NCBI GenBank assembly: GCA_030704615.1
Contig: CM060731.1
Coordinates: forward strand, 51,832,001 to 51,896,000
Reading direction: 5' to 3'
From: Takakia lepidozioides
Taxonomy: Eukaryota; Plantae; Bryophyta
DNA length: 64,000 nucleotides
Part shown: positions 1-12,936 of the stretch, in pieces
How the letters are laid out: every line of letters starts with the position of its first letter
Numbering within the stretch: position 1 is the first letter of the stretch
Program-made: the position numbers and the translations under genes
Notes under the pieces: generated by a model
Database searches by the model: none
The model's input: the letters and a program-made list of their open reading frames with translations, nothing else
What the model was told of the DNA's origin: nothing

Positions 1-1576
1 GGTTTTTACAACAGTTCCTCCCACTTTTTATACACCCCAGAGATAAAGGACTCCGAAAAAAAGAAAAACTCCAAACTGTCCACAAAGAACACAAGTTTTG
101 TGGTTAACTTTCTAGTCTCCTTCTGTGATCATCGTCTGTACCCAAACACTATTGTGAAACATAGTTTCCACTGCCAGCATCAGTGTGCAATTGTATGGGG
201 GGATGGGGAAGCAAACTCTCTTATCTTCAAGTTCAAGCATGAATGATTGAGCTTGAATAAAAGTCTGTTCCCTTGTAGGTTTGGTTCATGACACATCCGT
301 GCTTTCATAGCTTGCAGTTTCCCATAAGCAATGGTGTAGCCTATGCAGCAGAAAAAAACAGGGGGAGTTGTCCTGTTGTTGCTACACATGCATGGTTTCC
401 AATGTTGGGGCAGTATGAGAATCAGAACACCACAAACCCAAAAAACAAGTAATGAGCAAATATCCACATATAACTTCCATCCCCTGTTTGCTAGTCAATT
501 TCCTATTTCCTCAAAACTGTAATCTTGCCTTGCAACAGAATGAAGTGCTGTCTCTAACCTTCATCTGCAATGCCCTATCCTTGGTCACACTCAATGAGCA
601 CCAGCCCACCGCCAGCTTGAGTCAAGAACAATACTTGCCTAGAGACTTCAACTCTCTCATCAGCATCATTAGATGGCTAAATTAGGGAGAACTGCTTCTC
701 TGAAATGAGGAATGCCGGAGCAATTCCACCAAGCGCTCTAGTTATGGCCGCCATGCTGGGCCAGGTTGTCGAAAAATTAGGTTGTTCAAATATCATCTGT
801 TTCTCAGATACTGCTTGCTACACTTTCCATCAATACAACAAAATCCTCAGTCTGCTTCAGGTTGTTTGGTCCATGGCCTTCAAAAATCAACAGCCTGTCG
901 ATGTGAACCTTCCATGGATCATCCTCTTCCTTCAGCTCGAATCATCGACAACGCCTTTCATTGCCATGAACAGAGCTCCTCCTAAACAAACACAACAAGT
1001 GTAACTCTCACTCCAATTCTGCCCCATCAAAAAGCAGTACAAAGGTGCTGTTGGTAGCCGGTAAGCTCGTTCCAAAGCCTTGAGATCGTCTGCTCCATAT
1101 CAATCCGCGTTAGGACCTACGAAGGCCCGCTTCCCTTATCTCCAAACACAGATCCGAGTTATCAAGCATGACTGTGTTCAGTTTCAGTTTCGCTGCTTCC
1201 TGTCCTATCTTCTTCTATAACTTCGATGTAAACAATTTCCCCGTGTCTATTGACCCCTCTCAAATCCCGATACCAAAGTGTGAAGATATGGTAACAAAAA
1301 TAATGAACTCCTATTCAGAACCAAGACCACTTTCCACCGGAAACTGCATGCCGAACCCTACACCCAAGCACTCTTTAATCTGTCCCAAGAAAACACACCA
1401 TCAAGGACTATCCCCGAACATCAACAGTTTCTCGCTATCTCTTTCTCAAAATCTCTGCCAGAAATCTCAATATCAAAATGACTGCCAGGCTCTAATTCAA
1501 CAGTAATGCCCCACTGATCTTCCAAGGCTCCAATGAAAAACAAAATTGCCCCAGAAAGGAGGCTCAAAGGCGTTTA

Positions 1577-2170
1577 CTAGATGGCTAAATATCTCCGAGA
1601 GAGCTGTTTCCCTGCCACGAGGCCTGCCGCTGCAATTCCTCCCAGAGCTCCAGCTATGGCCGCCGTCCGCGGACCAGCAGCCGCCTTGTACAACGCCCCA
1701 GTCCCTAGCCCCGCAACAACGTTGTTCAATATGTCATCAGTCCCTCGGACATGGCTTGTTGCACTTTCCATTCCAGCATACAGGAGACCTAAAATCCCCA
1801 GAGTGTTGCCGGTTGTTCGCCCTCTATGGCCTGTACCATTCAACACCCTGTTAATGCGAACCTTGGTTGTGTCACCCTCTTCCCTCGATCGCAATCCGTC
1901 CACAACGCCTCTGGCGCCCCCGAACACAGCTCCTCCTAGATACCCACAACCCGTGTAGTAGGTCAAATTCTCACTCCAGTTCCGTCTTTGCACCGCGGCT
2001 TCATCAGGGAACAGATACTCCGGTGCACTCGGTAGCCGATACACGCTGTCCAACGATTTCAGATCGGCTGCTCCATACAAGTCCGCATAAGGATTGTACA
2101 ACCGCCCGCTTCCCCCTTCCTCTCCAAAGACAGATCCATTGGGCGAACCATCATCACCCTCTTGATTCAT
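1577..2170 (-). CDS. TIM23: Mitochondrial inner membrane translocase subunit TIM23 (Tim17/22/23 family), intronless
   Basis: 197-aa ORF with plant TIM23 signatures: YNPY.DL, LPSAPEYLF, RRNWSENLTYYTGCGYLGGA, KVRINRVLN..GHRGR..GN.LG..GLLYAG.ES, DD.LN.VVAGLGTGALYKAA.GPR. Confidence 0.96.
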   Translation of the reverse strand: MNQEGDDGSPNGSVFGEEGGSGRLYNPYADLYGAADLKSLDSVYRLPSAPEYLFPDEAAVQRRNWSENLTYYTGCGYLGGAVFGGARGVVDGLRSREEGDTTKVRINRVLNGTGHRGRTTGNTLGILGLLYAGMESATSHVRGTDDILNNVVAGLGTGALYKAAAGPRTAAIAGALGGIAAAGLVAGKQLSRRYLAI

Positions 2171-3069
2171 CGTCTCTCCGCCTCCTCTCGCCTAGTATAA
2201 CTTATATACAGATTGAACTGGATCTAAGCAACACAGAAACAGAGGATCTTTGTTAACGCAATCCCACAGGCTGCTCTTGGTGTTGTGGAAGCAGGGGCCT
2301 TGCAAGCATCGCTTGCGGCATCCCTGGAAAGCATCCGTTATATACTCTCCCAAACCCGCAATTTGGGAACGTGTTATGTACACTGAGACCCATCAGGGAA
2401 CACTCCGTTCCCTTTCAAGTGGCTGAGCTCCAGCGTTCTCTTCTCTTCTCTTCTCTTCAAGAGGTTTTGCGGTTCTTGCAGATCCCCTACAGACTCTTGC
2501 AAGCTATGGCGTGACCAAGTCTAGCTTATGGAGGCCCTTCAATTGTCCAATGGAATGTGGTAGCCTCGTGGCTCTCCGACAGTGAGGAATATTCAATTTT
2601 GGAGCCCCTTCAACACCCCCAGATGCTGTGAGGCTCTCCAATGATTCATGCCTAGCTCCATCAACTGCTTAACGGGATATGGTAAGATCTTCATATATTG
2701 ACAATCAATCGCCCAGAGTCAGCTTTTGCAGTTCCAATCTCAAATCCACCATGGACCCTGTGATGGTGTCGAAAGGTATATGCAAACTAAGGTCTAGTTT
2801 TAGCTCCTACGGGGCCACCAACTGCTTTCTTGGTCACCAAGAATACTCCCGATTCATGAGCAGCAGTCTGATCATGGGATGAGATACGGTCACATAGTGG
2901 TATGAGGGATTTGCAGTTAGTGCTCTAGTTGGGGAGAATTAAAGCCTATTGAAGGCAACTTTTCTCTCTATGGTGGTGTCTCTTCTTGGAAGAAGACTAG
3001 TGACTGAAATATAGAAATGATGTGACTATTGAGGTGTCAAGGGCTAGTGACTTTTCGTGGAGTACAGGA

Positions 3070-3830
3070 CGGATCTGCTCGTGATCTTTTTAAGGATTTG
3101 AAGTCTGCACCTGAGGTGGGACTTGCAGAGCTTATCTTCGAGTATTGCGACTCCCTTGAGAATCTGCCAGAGTTCATTGGGTAACTGGGAGGGTTGCTAA
3201 AGATGACTTTATCAAACTCCTTAAGTATTAAGAACCTACCACACACCATTGGAAACTTAAGAGAGGTAGAAGTGCTTGATGCCTGTCACTCGAGAGTGTG
3301 CCAGGGCCCATTGCATTGGGCAGTCTTACAAATATTGCTAATTGTATAAGTCATATAGCTTGCCGCATTGCATAGTGCAATTGACAGACCTGCTTGAGTT
3401 AGACCTTTCTTATTGCCACTCCATTGAGCATGCACCCGAGTTCATTAGGGGATGGAGAGGTCTATGAAAACTTAACCTTGCCCTTTCGGAAGAGCTTGCC
3501 TCCTTCTATTGCAGTTGAGTTGAACTTCGTGCACTGCAGCTCTTTTCAGGGTTTACCAGATTCTCTTGGAGAGTTGAGAGGGCCTAACTGGCAGAACCTA
3601 ACTGGCACTAACTGTACAAGTCTGAAGAGTCTCCCACATTCCCTTGGGCAGCTCAGAAACTTACTACTCTTGGACCTCTGACACTGTTGATCAATCAATA
3701 GCCTACCAGAGTCTATTGGGAAGTTGGCAGGGCTACAGAAGCTCGTGCTTGTTGATTACATAAGTATGAAGGACCTGCCAGATTCAATTAAGCAGTTGGA
3801 GGTGCTACACCTCTAGCGTTGCATGTCACT
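3070..3830 (+). pseudogene. Decayed NLR-type leucine-rich-repeat region
   Basis: Repeated LxxLPxxIGxLxxL units across several frames (CDSLENLPEFIG*L, SIKNLPHTIGNLREV, CTSLKSLPHSLGQLRNLLLLDL, SINSLPESIGKLAGLQKL, SMKDLPDSIKQL), broken by stops and frameshifts. No NB-ARC recognised. Confidence 0.8.
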
Positions 3831-5433
3831 TCGAAATTCCCTAAAGTTCTTTGGGTACTGCTCAGAGTGCTAAACAAAATGGTCTTTAGTACTAAAGAGG
3901 ATAAGCTTGCATACTCCTACACAACCATCAGATGTTTGATAGATTTGTGCGAATAGAAAAGATGAATCAATTTTTCCAACTGTATTACCTGAAATGATGC
4001 TAGTGGTTCCAGGGTTTTCTCCGATCCTACCTGAGTTGACACAGTTCCAAGATGAAGAAAAGGTAAGGAAGAACCAGAAGAGGTAGACAATTGAAGTGGG
4101 GTGTATCAAATGTGTAGCGAAAGTGTAATGAGCTCTTTCAATTCACATTTCCTCCAGTTCTTAATCATAGGGGAGAGAGTGTCCTAATTTGTAACAAACA
4201 GGCCAAAAGCTGTTGTGACTCCACATCAAAAGCTTGATGCGATAACAGTGTCCCATGAAATTGATGCTGTGAGAGGGCTGGTTGTCCAAGATATGTACTT
4301 GTCCAGAATTCCGGCACGTTGACTATTAAGACTCCTGGCTGGAAGCCTGGGCTTGGAATATACTTTGTCTGCTTCATTCTGGATTCCATGCTATGATAGT
4401 AGATATAGTCATTGCCTTTCAAACCACCCGGGTTGTAGCACAGGAGATTCCACTCTTGCGGCCCCTGCAGTCATCTGTTGACTTCCTTCCAGTTGTATAA
4501 TTAGAGCGAGGGTGCTGCAAGCGACAACAGTTGCAGGCTACAAGAACAGATGAAAATTCACTGAACAGTGTCTGTGAAATGCTCGCTGAGAGTCTCATGA
4601 ACTCTGTGTTGGCTTTCCGGCTTTCATGCCAGTCTGTCACTTTGTGAGGGTGACAATGACTGTAGTAAGACCAATCAGCTTGCCATCGAAGCCCAAAGTG
4701 ACACATGATAGAGAATGTTTGGCTCAAACTAGGAAGACACTGAAGCAGCTATGATGACAAGCTCAAGAAAATGCTGAGGTCTGGGTTGAAGTTTTTAAAT
4801 GAGGCCATTCATTTGTTGAACTCAACATCACTCCAACAAATTCCTATCGAACTTTGGAAAGTCTCAACTTCCTCATCACCATAGTCCTTGGCTGCCACCA
4901 TTGCTGTCCTAAACTCTGCTTCAGCTTCTTTGTGATTTCTAGGATACTTGTGTCAGCAATGTGTGCAAAAGATGAGCTCGGTCTAGCCTGGGGTTGCCTG
5001 CCGAGTGAGCTGTATAGGATTACAGATGATTGAGGGAGTCATCCCTCTCCGTTTGCCTGTATGTGCAGCTCGCCCTCGTCCAGTGGCAAGGAGGCTGGTC
5101 TTTGTCCTCATGCTTCCCAGAATCAAAGCCAGTGGGATGGAACTTGCTTGGACTGCACTGAGCTTCAATGGATTTTAATGGATTCAGAAGCTTGCAAGCT
5201 GGGAGTGTATGTAGATCTTCATTCTGGATTAAAGGGAATATGGATTGCTGGATTTTGAGAAGATGATGACATAGTAAATGTGGGGTTCTTCCCCAACTTA
5301 GTAGGGTGGTCGAAGTGTGATGATGCGGATGAGAAATGAAGTAGGAAAGTTATTTGCCTGAAACCTTAAACCTAAATCCAGCCCCACACCAACAAACTCG
5401 AGAGTGCTAGGGGGAGGAAGTTGGGGGGGGGAG

Positions 5434-5712
5434 ATGGGGCGTGGGTTAATCTGGGCGACTGCAGAGGATCTGGCACACAACAGGGCCTCAGTGCGTGCCT
5501 TGTATCGAGGGATGTTGAGAGCCCTCAATTCTGAGAGACTGGGGCTTTCCCTCGCTGCCCAGGAGACGAAGAAGACGAGTGTGCGATCAATGTTTGACGT
5601 GGGTGCCCAGGAGCGTTCCATTCATAATATACAGGATTTGGTTGACACGGCGAAGTACTCTCTTTCGCAGTTGCAGAAGGGCGAGATTCCACGTGAATCT
5701 TACAATAAATGA
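5434..5712 (+). CDS. LYR-motif (Complex 1 LYR family) small mitochondrial protein, intronless
   Basis: ATG at 5434 gives MGRGLIWATAEDLAHNRASVRALYRGMLRALNS...VRSMFDVGAQERSIHNIQDL. It has the LYR tripeptide plus the downstream conserved Phe. Confidence 0.88.
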   Translation: MGRGLIWATAEDLAHNRASVRALYRGMLRALNSERLGLSLAAQETKKTSVRSMFDVGAQERSIHNIQDLVDTAKYSLSQLQKGEIPRESYNK

Positions 5713-6446
5713 GCTTTTCGATGTTTCAGATTCTCCGGAGCATGCTCAAGTATGAAGGGCTCTGAAGAAGGGTCAGTCTTTTAAGTCCTCCTGCCATGAA
5801 TGCAGTGTGGCAGCGTAACAATCTTGTCAAAGGGTCATGGTAGCTGCTGGTATTTTTCTTGTTCTTTCTTATTCCCTCTTCTTCAGCAAAATAGAGATCC
5901 AGTTGAAAAGAGCATAAGGTAAAGAGTATTTCAAATTCATGGCTTGTAGATGAAAGATGTTGAGGGAAAGATATAACAAAAAGAGTTACTATCATGGAAG
6001 TGCGACTGGTAGCAATCAGTCAGTCAAGCAAGTTTCAGCTACAATGAAATGACAAAGTTCTGTTGCAGTGAGATGCATTAAATGTGTCTTATCTTTCATC
6101 TGTACTTTTCAGGTTGCAAGGTGTCAATTTGGCATACCTACACTATCCCCCCAGTATTAAGTTAACCTGCTTGTAAGTGCTGCTTTGAGTTGCTTACTGG
6201 TTGCGGGCTGTTTAGCACTAACCATTTATCATGGACTGATGTGAGACATACTACTGCAAATTGAGTTGCAGGTTTGGTCACCTGCAGAATTGGTATTGAA
6301 CTAGGTAAGTGTCATTAAGTTGAGACTTTGGGAGTAAACTTTAATACATCAATCAGCCAGGCAAAATAGCCTGATTTTTTCAGAATATTCATAGAACAGT
6401 TGTATTAGTGGTGTACAATATTTGTATGTCTCTCTACATCTCCCCT

Positions 6447-8087
6447 TTAGCTAACAATGATGGGAGCATGTGGCACAGGCTTCCCTTGATTTCGCCACAC
6501 CCAATTTCCATCGTTGGTTTGTTTAAAGTATTTAGGGCTCCAGGAATTGTCAGCAACGTCCCGCAATTTCCGTTCATGCCCCTCCAGAGTTGTTTTGGCA
6601 ACACTTGCCTTCTCCCATTGTTTTCTGACAATGTTTTCGCTAAGGGTAGACCAAACACACACAGACTCCATCGGCGAGATACCCTGATTTCACAACAATG
6701 CTCAGTCTGTTACTAACATAATATTAACATATTTAGTAGCACGATGTACACCAGTCACTGGACTCTGTAGCTCCTAAAAATTTGATCCACAGATTTAAGA
6801 AACTTGCAGGTAGAGAATTTTACCTTCAGATCTTCAGTCTCAGGTGTGTGGAGATTAGCTAGGCATACTTGTGCATCATACAAAATGCTGCACTTCGCTG
6901 TCCTTACATCCTTCAAGGTCACTACCCTGCCATGAAAAGAAGCCACTGTGAATCCCTTGGCGCTTGCATACATATTCTGCATGCCTGTTGTTTCAAGTGA
7001 TATGTAGTCTACCTGCTCACAACTGTCATGACCATATGACCGGAAGTACATAATGAGCCCTGACCACTGTATGATCAGTTTTTGGTAGGCTGAGATATGG
7101 CGGTCTGTTTCAGATCAAAACACTTAAATGCAGTGCAAAACACTTGATTGCAAGAACCAGAAAAAGCTGTGAAGAACTTAATACATACCAACAGAGAGAG
7201 ATGAATGACACTCACTGATCCCAGCCGCCGCTTAGCTCATAAAGTATTTCCTTTGGGGAATCTATCTTCCATATTTTCCCAGAAATCTTATTACTAGCTC
7301 CATATAGCCTGAAGAACGACTTTGACTTGAAGCTCACTGATGCTTCTAACCCTGACTCCATGCAGCACACTCTTGTAGTCCCCACCCACTCTGTGCCGAC
7401 TGTTGGGAAAAAGCGAATGCTTAGATTTGGAGAAGTTGATTCATATATCTCCTTGTGCCCAGTCAAGCTCAGCAGTCGTTGCCCGCGGATTGCGACCTCC
7501 ACCGAGCTCACTAAATCTCACAGAATCCAATTTCAGTATACAAACCCACATATCCCTACTGAAAAGTCAAAATCTGCCTCTATCGGGGAACAACAGACTG
7601 TGTGCAGTAGTGTGCACCAACCTCACAAAGCACCTAACTTTCTCCATGGGGTGACTGCAAATCTACGAGGAAAAGGCATAGTTTATCATACAAGAAATTC
7701 TGTCAGTTTGTGCAGATCCTACCATTTGAGTGTTTGAGAGGATCAGGGATGGGCAGAGTTAGACACCTCTGAATAATATTGAATGGTTTATGGCAAGAGT
7801 GCCCCAAATAACCTTCACCTTGATTCAAGACAAGGTTTCATGTGTAAAGGAGACACAGGGGGAGCAGACTGGAGAGAGCTGGGCAGTGTAGAGAGACACC
7901 GTACTCATGCTGTTCCCTGGGAACGTTGGCTTGCCGTAGCCTAGCAACCATTAAACCCGTGGGTAACAAACTCTCCTGGAGCCTTTTGTGGGGTTGGCAT
8001 CCACCAGGGTAGAGAGAGAGAATGTACTCATAAGACTTTGTTTGCTGTAGCTTTGTGGCCATCGACAGAAGCAGTTTGGACAGAAAC

Positions 8088-8124
<37 letters not shown>

Positions 8125-8682
8125 TACTCATAAGACGTTGTCTGCCGAAAGAGAGAGAGCTCACCATAGAATCGCGGCACTGGGTGATGCCACCAAAGCA
8201 ATTGAAGATTGTTAATCTCATGGGTTGCATACATGGCACTGACAGGCGGATGATGTGACACCTATCTCCACATTCATGCACCCAACCTATTTGTCAGTAT
8301 TCCTCTCACACCACAACAGTGTGTCACCACTTCCTCTAGTCCATCTGCCCGTTCCTCTTTACTTTGCACTAACCCCAAATGATGATTAAAAAATTTCTTG
8401 CTTTACAGTGACTGTCTTCTTCCACCTTTCCAATCACTTTCATAAGATCACATTCTCTTTGGTAAGTGCCGTTAGTGGACAGAAACACATTGTCAATTTG
8501 AATGCAAGTGCTGCGGCACCTATATCTGAACTCCCCATACATGCATGCATTCAGGCGCCCCGACCCAATACAACCCCTGCAGGGTGCTCTGAACATGATC
8601 GTAGTAAACAGATGAGAATCTCAGTTCTGAATTCCCTCTATTTCCACTTTAGGCCCTTGGGAGGGCGTGTGGATGTGGTAAA

Positions 8683-8717
<35 letters not shown>

Positions 8718-9666
8718 CCCATTGTGACCGTCCAAACTGGGTGCAGGGTCTATGGCCACAAGGCTCTATCAAACAAAGTCTGATGAGTACATTCTCTTCA
8801 CCCCCCCACCCCAACAACCCCCTTCAAAGAAATGTGCTCACAGACCCACCCCGAGAAAAATTACCAGGAAGCTCATCTATGTGACAAGCATATCAAAGTC
8901 TTCCGCCCTTTGCATCTATTTTCCTCACTGCCAGTAATGTACTTTTCTGCTCTGCTTCTCTCCAGAGGTAGGGTCAATGGCCAAAGGCCCCAACATGCAA
9001 TTCACGCATTCTTCAGCATACCGCTACCCATTGCTCCCACACAGCATAAAATTGAGAAGAACTCACCTGTTCACAAAGCACATTAAGATGTCCGACAGAT
9101 ACATGGTGCGTCTCCCCGAGAATAGGATTATAGGGAGCCTTGACTGGGCCGGGCCGTGTGGTTGATATATGCCACCTCACTACTGCTAGGAATCTCTCAA
9201 GAGGGGTGGCGGCATCCACACACTTCGCCAGCAGATCCTCCGCACAGCAATACACACTCTCTCCGTAGACTTGCAGTTGGGACTTGGGAAGATTGAATTG
9301 TGGTGGTAAATGAAACTTTGTTAGGTCAGACCCAGGCCTCAATCCCTTGAACAACTCCATCAGGCAAGATTTCAAACCCTCATCCTTCTTGGATTCCTTC
9401 TTGCTCCCTTTCTGCTCCAACATGAGAGGTGGCGTAAAAACTGGGAGGTTCATTGAGGGGCCAGTCTTTGAAGCTGTGTCGTTGTTGTCATCAGATAGGG
9501 GAATGTCTGAAGACGATTCACAGTCTTCATCCGACGAGAAATATTCCTCTGGTGTTGAATAGTCATCTTCGTCCGGAAACTCCACTGCTCCTGACGTGGA
9601 ATGTGAGTTCGGTCTTGAGCATTGAACCGCCACGGAAGCCGGCTCTGTCGGGGTGGCAGCCCCCAT
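6447..9666 (-). CDS. Oxysterol-binding protein-related protein (ORP4-like), 5 exons: 9666-9067, 8261-8165, 7510-7216, 6926-6824, 6683-6447
   Basis: The OSBP fingerprint EQ|VSHHPP spans exons 1/2. Also PGSDLT.F.LP..FNLPKSQLQ.YGE, KAPYNPILGETH, L.GGWDQ and EKASVAK..LE..ER. All GT-AG junctions are phase-compatible. Confidence 0.93.
8016..8797. repeat. Intronic inverted repeat (arms about 8016-8120 and 8687-8797) including (AG)n/(CT)n tracts
   Basis: AGAGAATGTACTCATAAGACTTTGTTTGCTGTAGCTTTGTGGCCAT...CAGTTTGGAC..(AG)n is the reverse complement of (CT)n..GTCCAAACTG...ATGGCCACAAGGCTCTATCAAACAAAGTCTGATGAGTACATTCTCT, with mismatches. Confidence 0.85.
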
Positions 9667-10810
9667 TTGAGAAACTCTGCTCTACCTGAGTCCCCCAAGA
9701 AGAAGGTGAGAAGACAGCAGCTGCACTCGAGACAACTGGTGAGCAGCGAGGAGAAATAAGTATGGACCTCCTTAAGTACGCCAGCTTCTCACAGGAGCAT
9801 ATATCCGAGCACGTCCACCTACTCCATAATTTTTTCCGCAGTTGAACTGTTGGTGTAGATTGATTCTAGCACTATGAACACACAGCGCTGAGTCCAATTG
9901 GAACTGCAAAGATGCTAGCTAAAGCTAGTGGCTGCACTGTTTACCGATCTGGCCGTGAGGAATATGGAACCCAGACCGTGGCATTCAGTATTGGGAGCTG
10001 GAGGGATTCAGACGTGTCGAGACTCATCAATGGGATAAAGGGAAAGCAAGCTACTTTATTGGAGCACGATCGGATTCAGGAACTGCAGACGATTCAGTGG
10101 GTCAGTCTCACAAAGGAGAAAATACAATTGAGCAGGATCCAATTTCATTGACAGTTAGAGAGAAACAAATCAGACTCAACGAGGATCCGGAGAGTATCCT
10201 GATTGTATGGACGCCAAACCATACAACACTAGCCAACAAGTGTCCATCGGTGACACATGGTCGCAGACGCTGACACGCCAGGAGCATCGCTTGCGAACGG
10301 TGGAAAGCTTTGGGAAACTACCCGGTAGCACCTGGGAGACACTGGGCATGCGCGTGCAGCCGCGTCTTTCTCCAAAAAGCCTGATTGGAATCACCGAGTG
10401 CGGCAAGTATCCAATCTTCCTTCGCTTCTGCCGCACACTTGCAGGCAGTGCAGGTCACTTTACTTTGCGGGAGCATATCCCCGAATGTACGATGCCACAA
10501 CAACTGCATGCACCGAGCAGGACGGAGGAACCCGGGAAGAAGATGAGCGCTGTAGAGCTCAAAGGGCTACTAGGAAATCAGTAAGAGAAGAGGGATTAAC
10601 GATGAAATGATGTCCGGAAAGCTCTCCGCCCAACCACAGCAACCCAACAAGCTGCTGGTTCCACCCTCCCAGCTCTCCCCTATTTATACTCAACCATGCT
10701 AGAAACAGCCAGAAAACTACAGTAGTAACCTATGGGGTCAAGTGACACCATAATTTTTTATTTTATTTTTTTCTTAAAGAGAAAGGGGACAATGACCCTT
10801 GAACTTGGCA

Positions 10811-11759
10811 TCAATATATGAATTGAGACGTTTGTTTTGTTTTGTTTTGTAGATTTGAGATGTCCCAAACCGCGGGTCCCCGGCCTTGGTGCTTGGTACC
10901 GTTGGAAAGCCCTCGATGAGGAGGGGTGCACCGACTTGGTCTCATGATTTTTGGACATGCGGTGTGGGAGATGTTGAATTTCAAGTACTTTTGGTCCCTG
11001 GAAATTCCCGAAAAATAGGAAAGTGGGCATTCCTGGGACAATGGTTGGAGCAGTGTTTTTTTTTTCAAATTTGGAAAAGAACAGGAGTGGCTACTGAGTT
11101 TTGCAGGAAATAGCCATATTTTCTGTTCATCCACTGAAATTTGGACAGAATCATCCTCCTATGTACTTTCATCCATGTATATCATCCATATTAGGCGAAT
11201 TCATCCTTTTTTTTTGAGAGTTTTGGCGATTTCATCCATGAGAAAATAGGGAATTTATGACAGAATATTCGATTTTGATTTTTGAGGTCGAAAAAGTGCG
11301 AAATTTCGCCAGAAATAAAAACACTGGGTGGGAGCCTCGACAGGAGAGAGATAAAGGGAAAGGTCTCCGGTTCAAATCTGGTCGTAGGCTCTGTGAAAAA
11401 AAAAAGATGAAATACGGCAAACACAAATTTCAAGTTCGTTCGGTCGTACTTTGGCCTCTACATATGAGACGCACTTGGATACACTTGGATTACACTTGGG
11501 CTTAGATGATAGTGGACTCTTCGGCCTGTACACGAGAGATGCATTTGGATATATAGAAGATTGCACTTGCGCTTAGATGGGCCTTGACATAGGAGACGCA
11601 TTGGGATACGTAGCAAATCATACTCAGTTCTTCACACATGGGCCAAAGGCACAGGCTACGCTAGAGGTCGCACTTGGGCCTCAACATAGGAGACGCACTT
11701 GGACTTGGGCTTAATTAGATGACACTGGACACTGGGGTCAACGGCACAGGCTACCCTAG
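10811..11759 (+). mobile_element. Non-autonomous Helitron-like element
   Basis: Starts A|TCAATATAT followed by a GTTT-type microsatellite and ends ...ACGGCACAGGCTACCCTAG|T, matching the Helitron A|TC...CTAG|T pattern. The 5' ~240 bp recurs at 47406. Confidence 0.6.
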
Positions 11760-11913
11760 TATTAAATAAAACGGCCAAGGCTGGGCTACAATTTACTCTT
11801 TTTCTTTTTTTTAAATGAAAGGGGAGCATAGGCCCTTTTAATCAAACTAATAATAAAAGTTTACATAAGATACTCTTGCAAGTTGCATCAACAATTATTT
11901 AGTAACAACTTTA

Positions 11914-12110
11914 CTAGTGTAGCCTATGCCGTTGGCCCAAGTGTGCATTGTCATCTAAGTCCAAGTGCAATCCCATGTGTATCCAAGTGGTCTCCTATGT
12001 TGAGGCCCATGTGTGAAGAATTGAAATCTAAGCCCAATTGTATTTTCCTCTATATCCAAGTGTGACTCCTATGTCCAGGCCCATCTAAGCTCGAGTGCAA
12101 TCTTCTATTC
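11914..12110 (-). mobile_element. 3' end of a second, oppositely oriented copy of the same Helitron-like family
   Basis: The reverse complement reads ...CACTTGGATACACATGGGATTGCACTTGGACTTAGATGA...GGGCCAACGGCATAGGCTACACTAG|T, similar to 11470-11759. Confidence 0.6.
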
Positions 12111-12905
12111 ATGTATGCACAAGGCAACCATGAGTGAGGGTTCATTAGCAATGACAAGTTTGTTTTGTTTGAGGGAGATGCAGTCATTGTGTGTCCGGCT
12201 GCAACCATGTCTGATTGCACAAACTTGTGTAGCTCTTGCTCCTCTGCTCCAGTACACCACGGCCTTGTGGCTGAACACCTTGGTCCCCAGGGCTGTCTTT
12301 GGCTGTGTTCCAAGCCTAGCTTTCACCCACTTTGGTATTTCACCTACAGCTGTAGAACTGCTGGCTCCAACAGAGTTCTGACTGTCCAAAGCAATATTGA
12401 GGCCCTCAACGCCAACTACAGCAGTTTGTTGTCTACTGCTAATGCCTGACTCCCAGTATGCAATCAACTCGTCCAACTGTTTTCCACTCAAATCAATCTG
12501 AGTTCCTTGGGAAACATAAATCTTGTCCCCTTGTGTGCACAGGCTAAGAGAAGAGACCTGCCCTTCAATTACGTCCTCATTTCCCCCAGCCATACAAGGA
12601 GTACATCCCCAGATTTATCTCTCATGTAGACCAGAACAGGTTCTAGACATAGAATTGTGGATCTTTCATGGCACACTCACACTCTAAAAATTCCATAGAT
12701 TTTTAGCATGGTCCCAAAAACTAAAACCGTGGTCTGGATAGGTATATTTCCCCTTTCTGTAGGTCCCTGCGCAAGTTTTGGGTCAAACGGCCCTGGTAGA
12801 CCAAAGTTATGGCCAAACAGGCTCTATCTAATTTAAATTAGATCAAAGAACGAATTTCTTTTAATTTTTCACACCCAAAACGTTCTCGCCATTAAAAACC
12901 TTCCC

Positions 12906-12907
<2 letters not shown>

Positions 12908-12936
<29 letters not shown>
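12908..12936. repeat. Poly(T)29 tract
   Basis: Direct reading. Confidence 0.95.

Noticed and set aside
1-1500. Short ORFs at the window start and at 4100-5300
   Set aside because: No recognisable domains or consistent exon structure.
8011-8165. miR156/529/535-like precursor suggested by AG-rich GAGAGAGAGC sequences
   Set aside because: No full match to the mature sequences and no short miR/miR* hairpin.
8778-8845. Hammerhead ribozyme or C/D snoRNA suggested by CTGATGAG followed by a stem
   Set aside because: No GAAA core follows the stem and no cleavage-site helix is evident. The motif is antisense to the host transcript and is explained by the inverted repeat.
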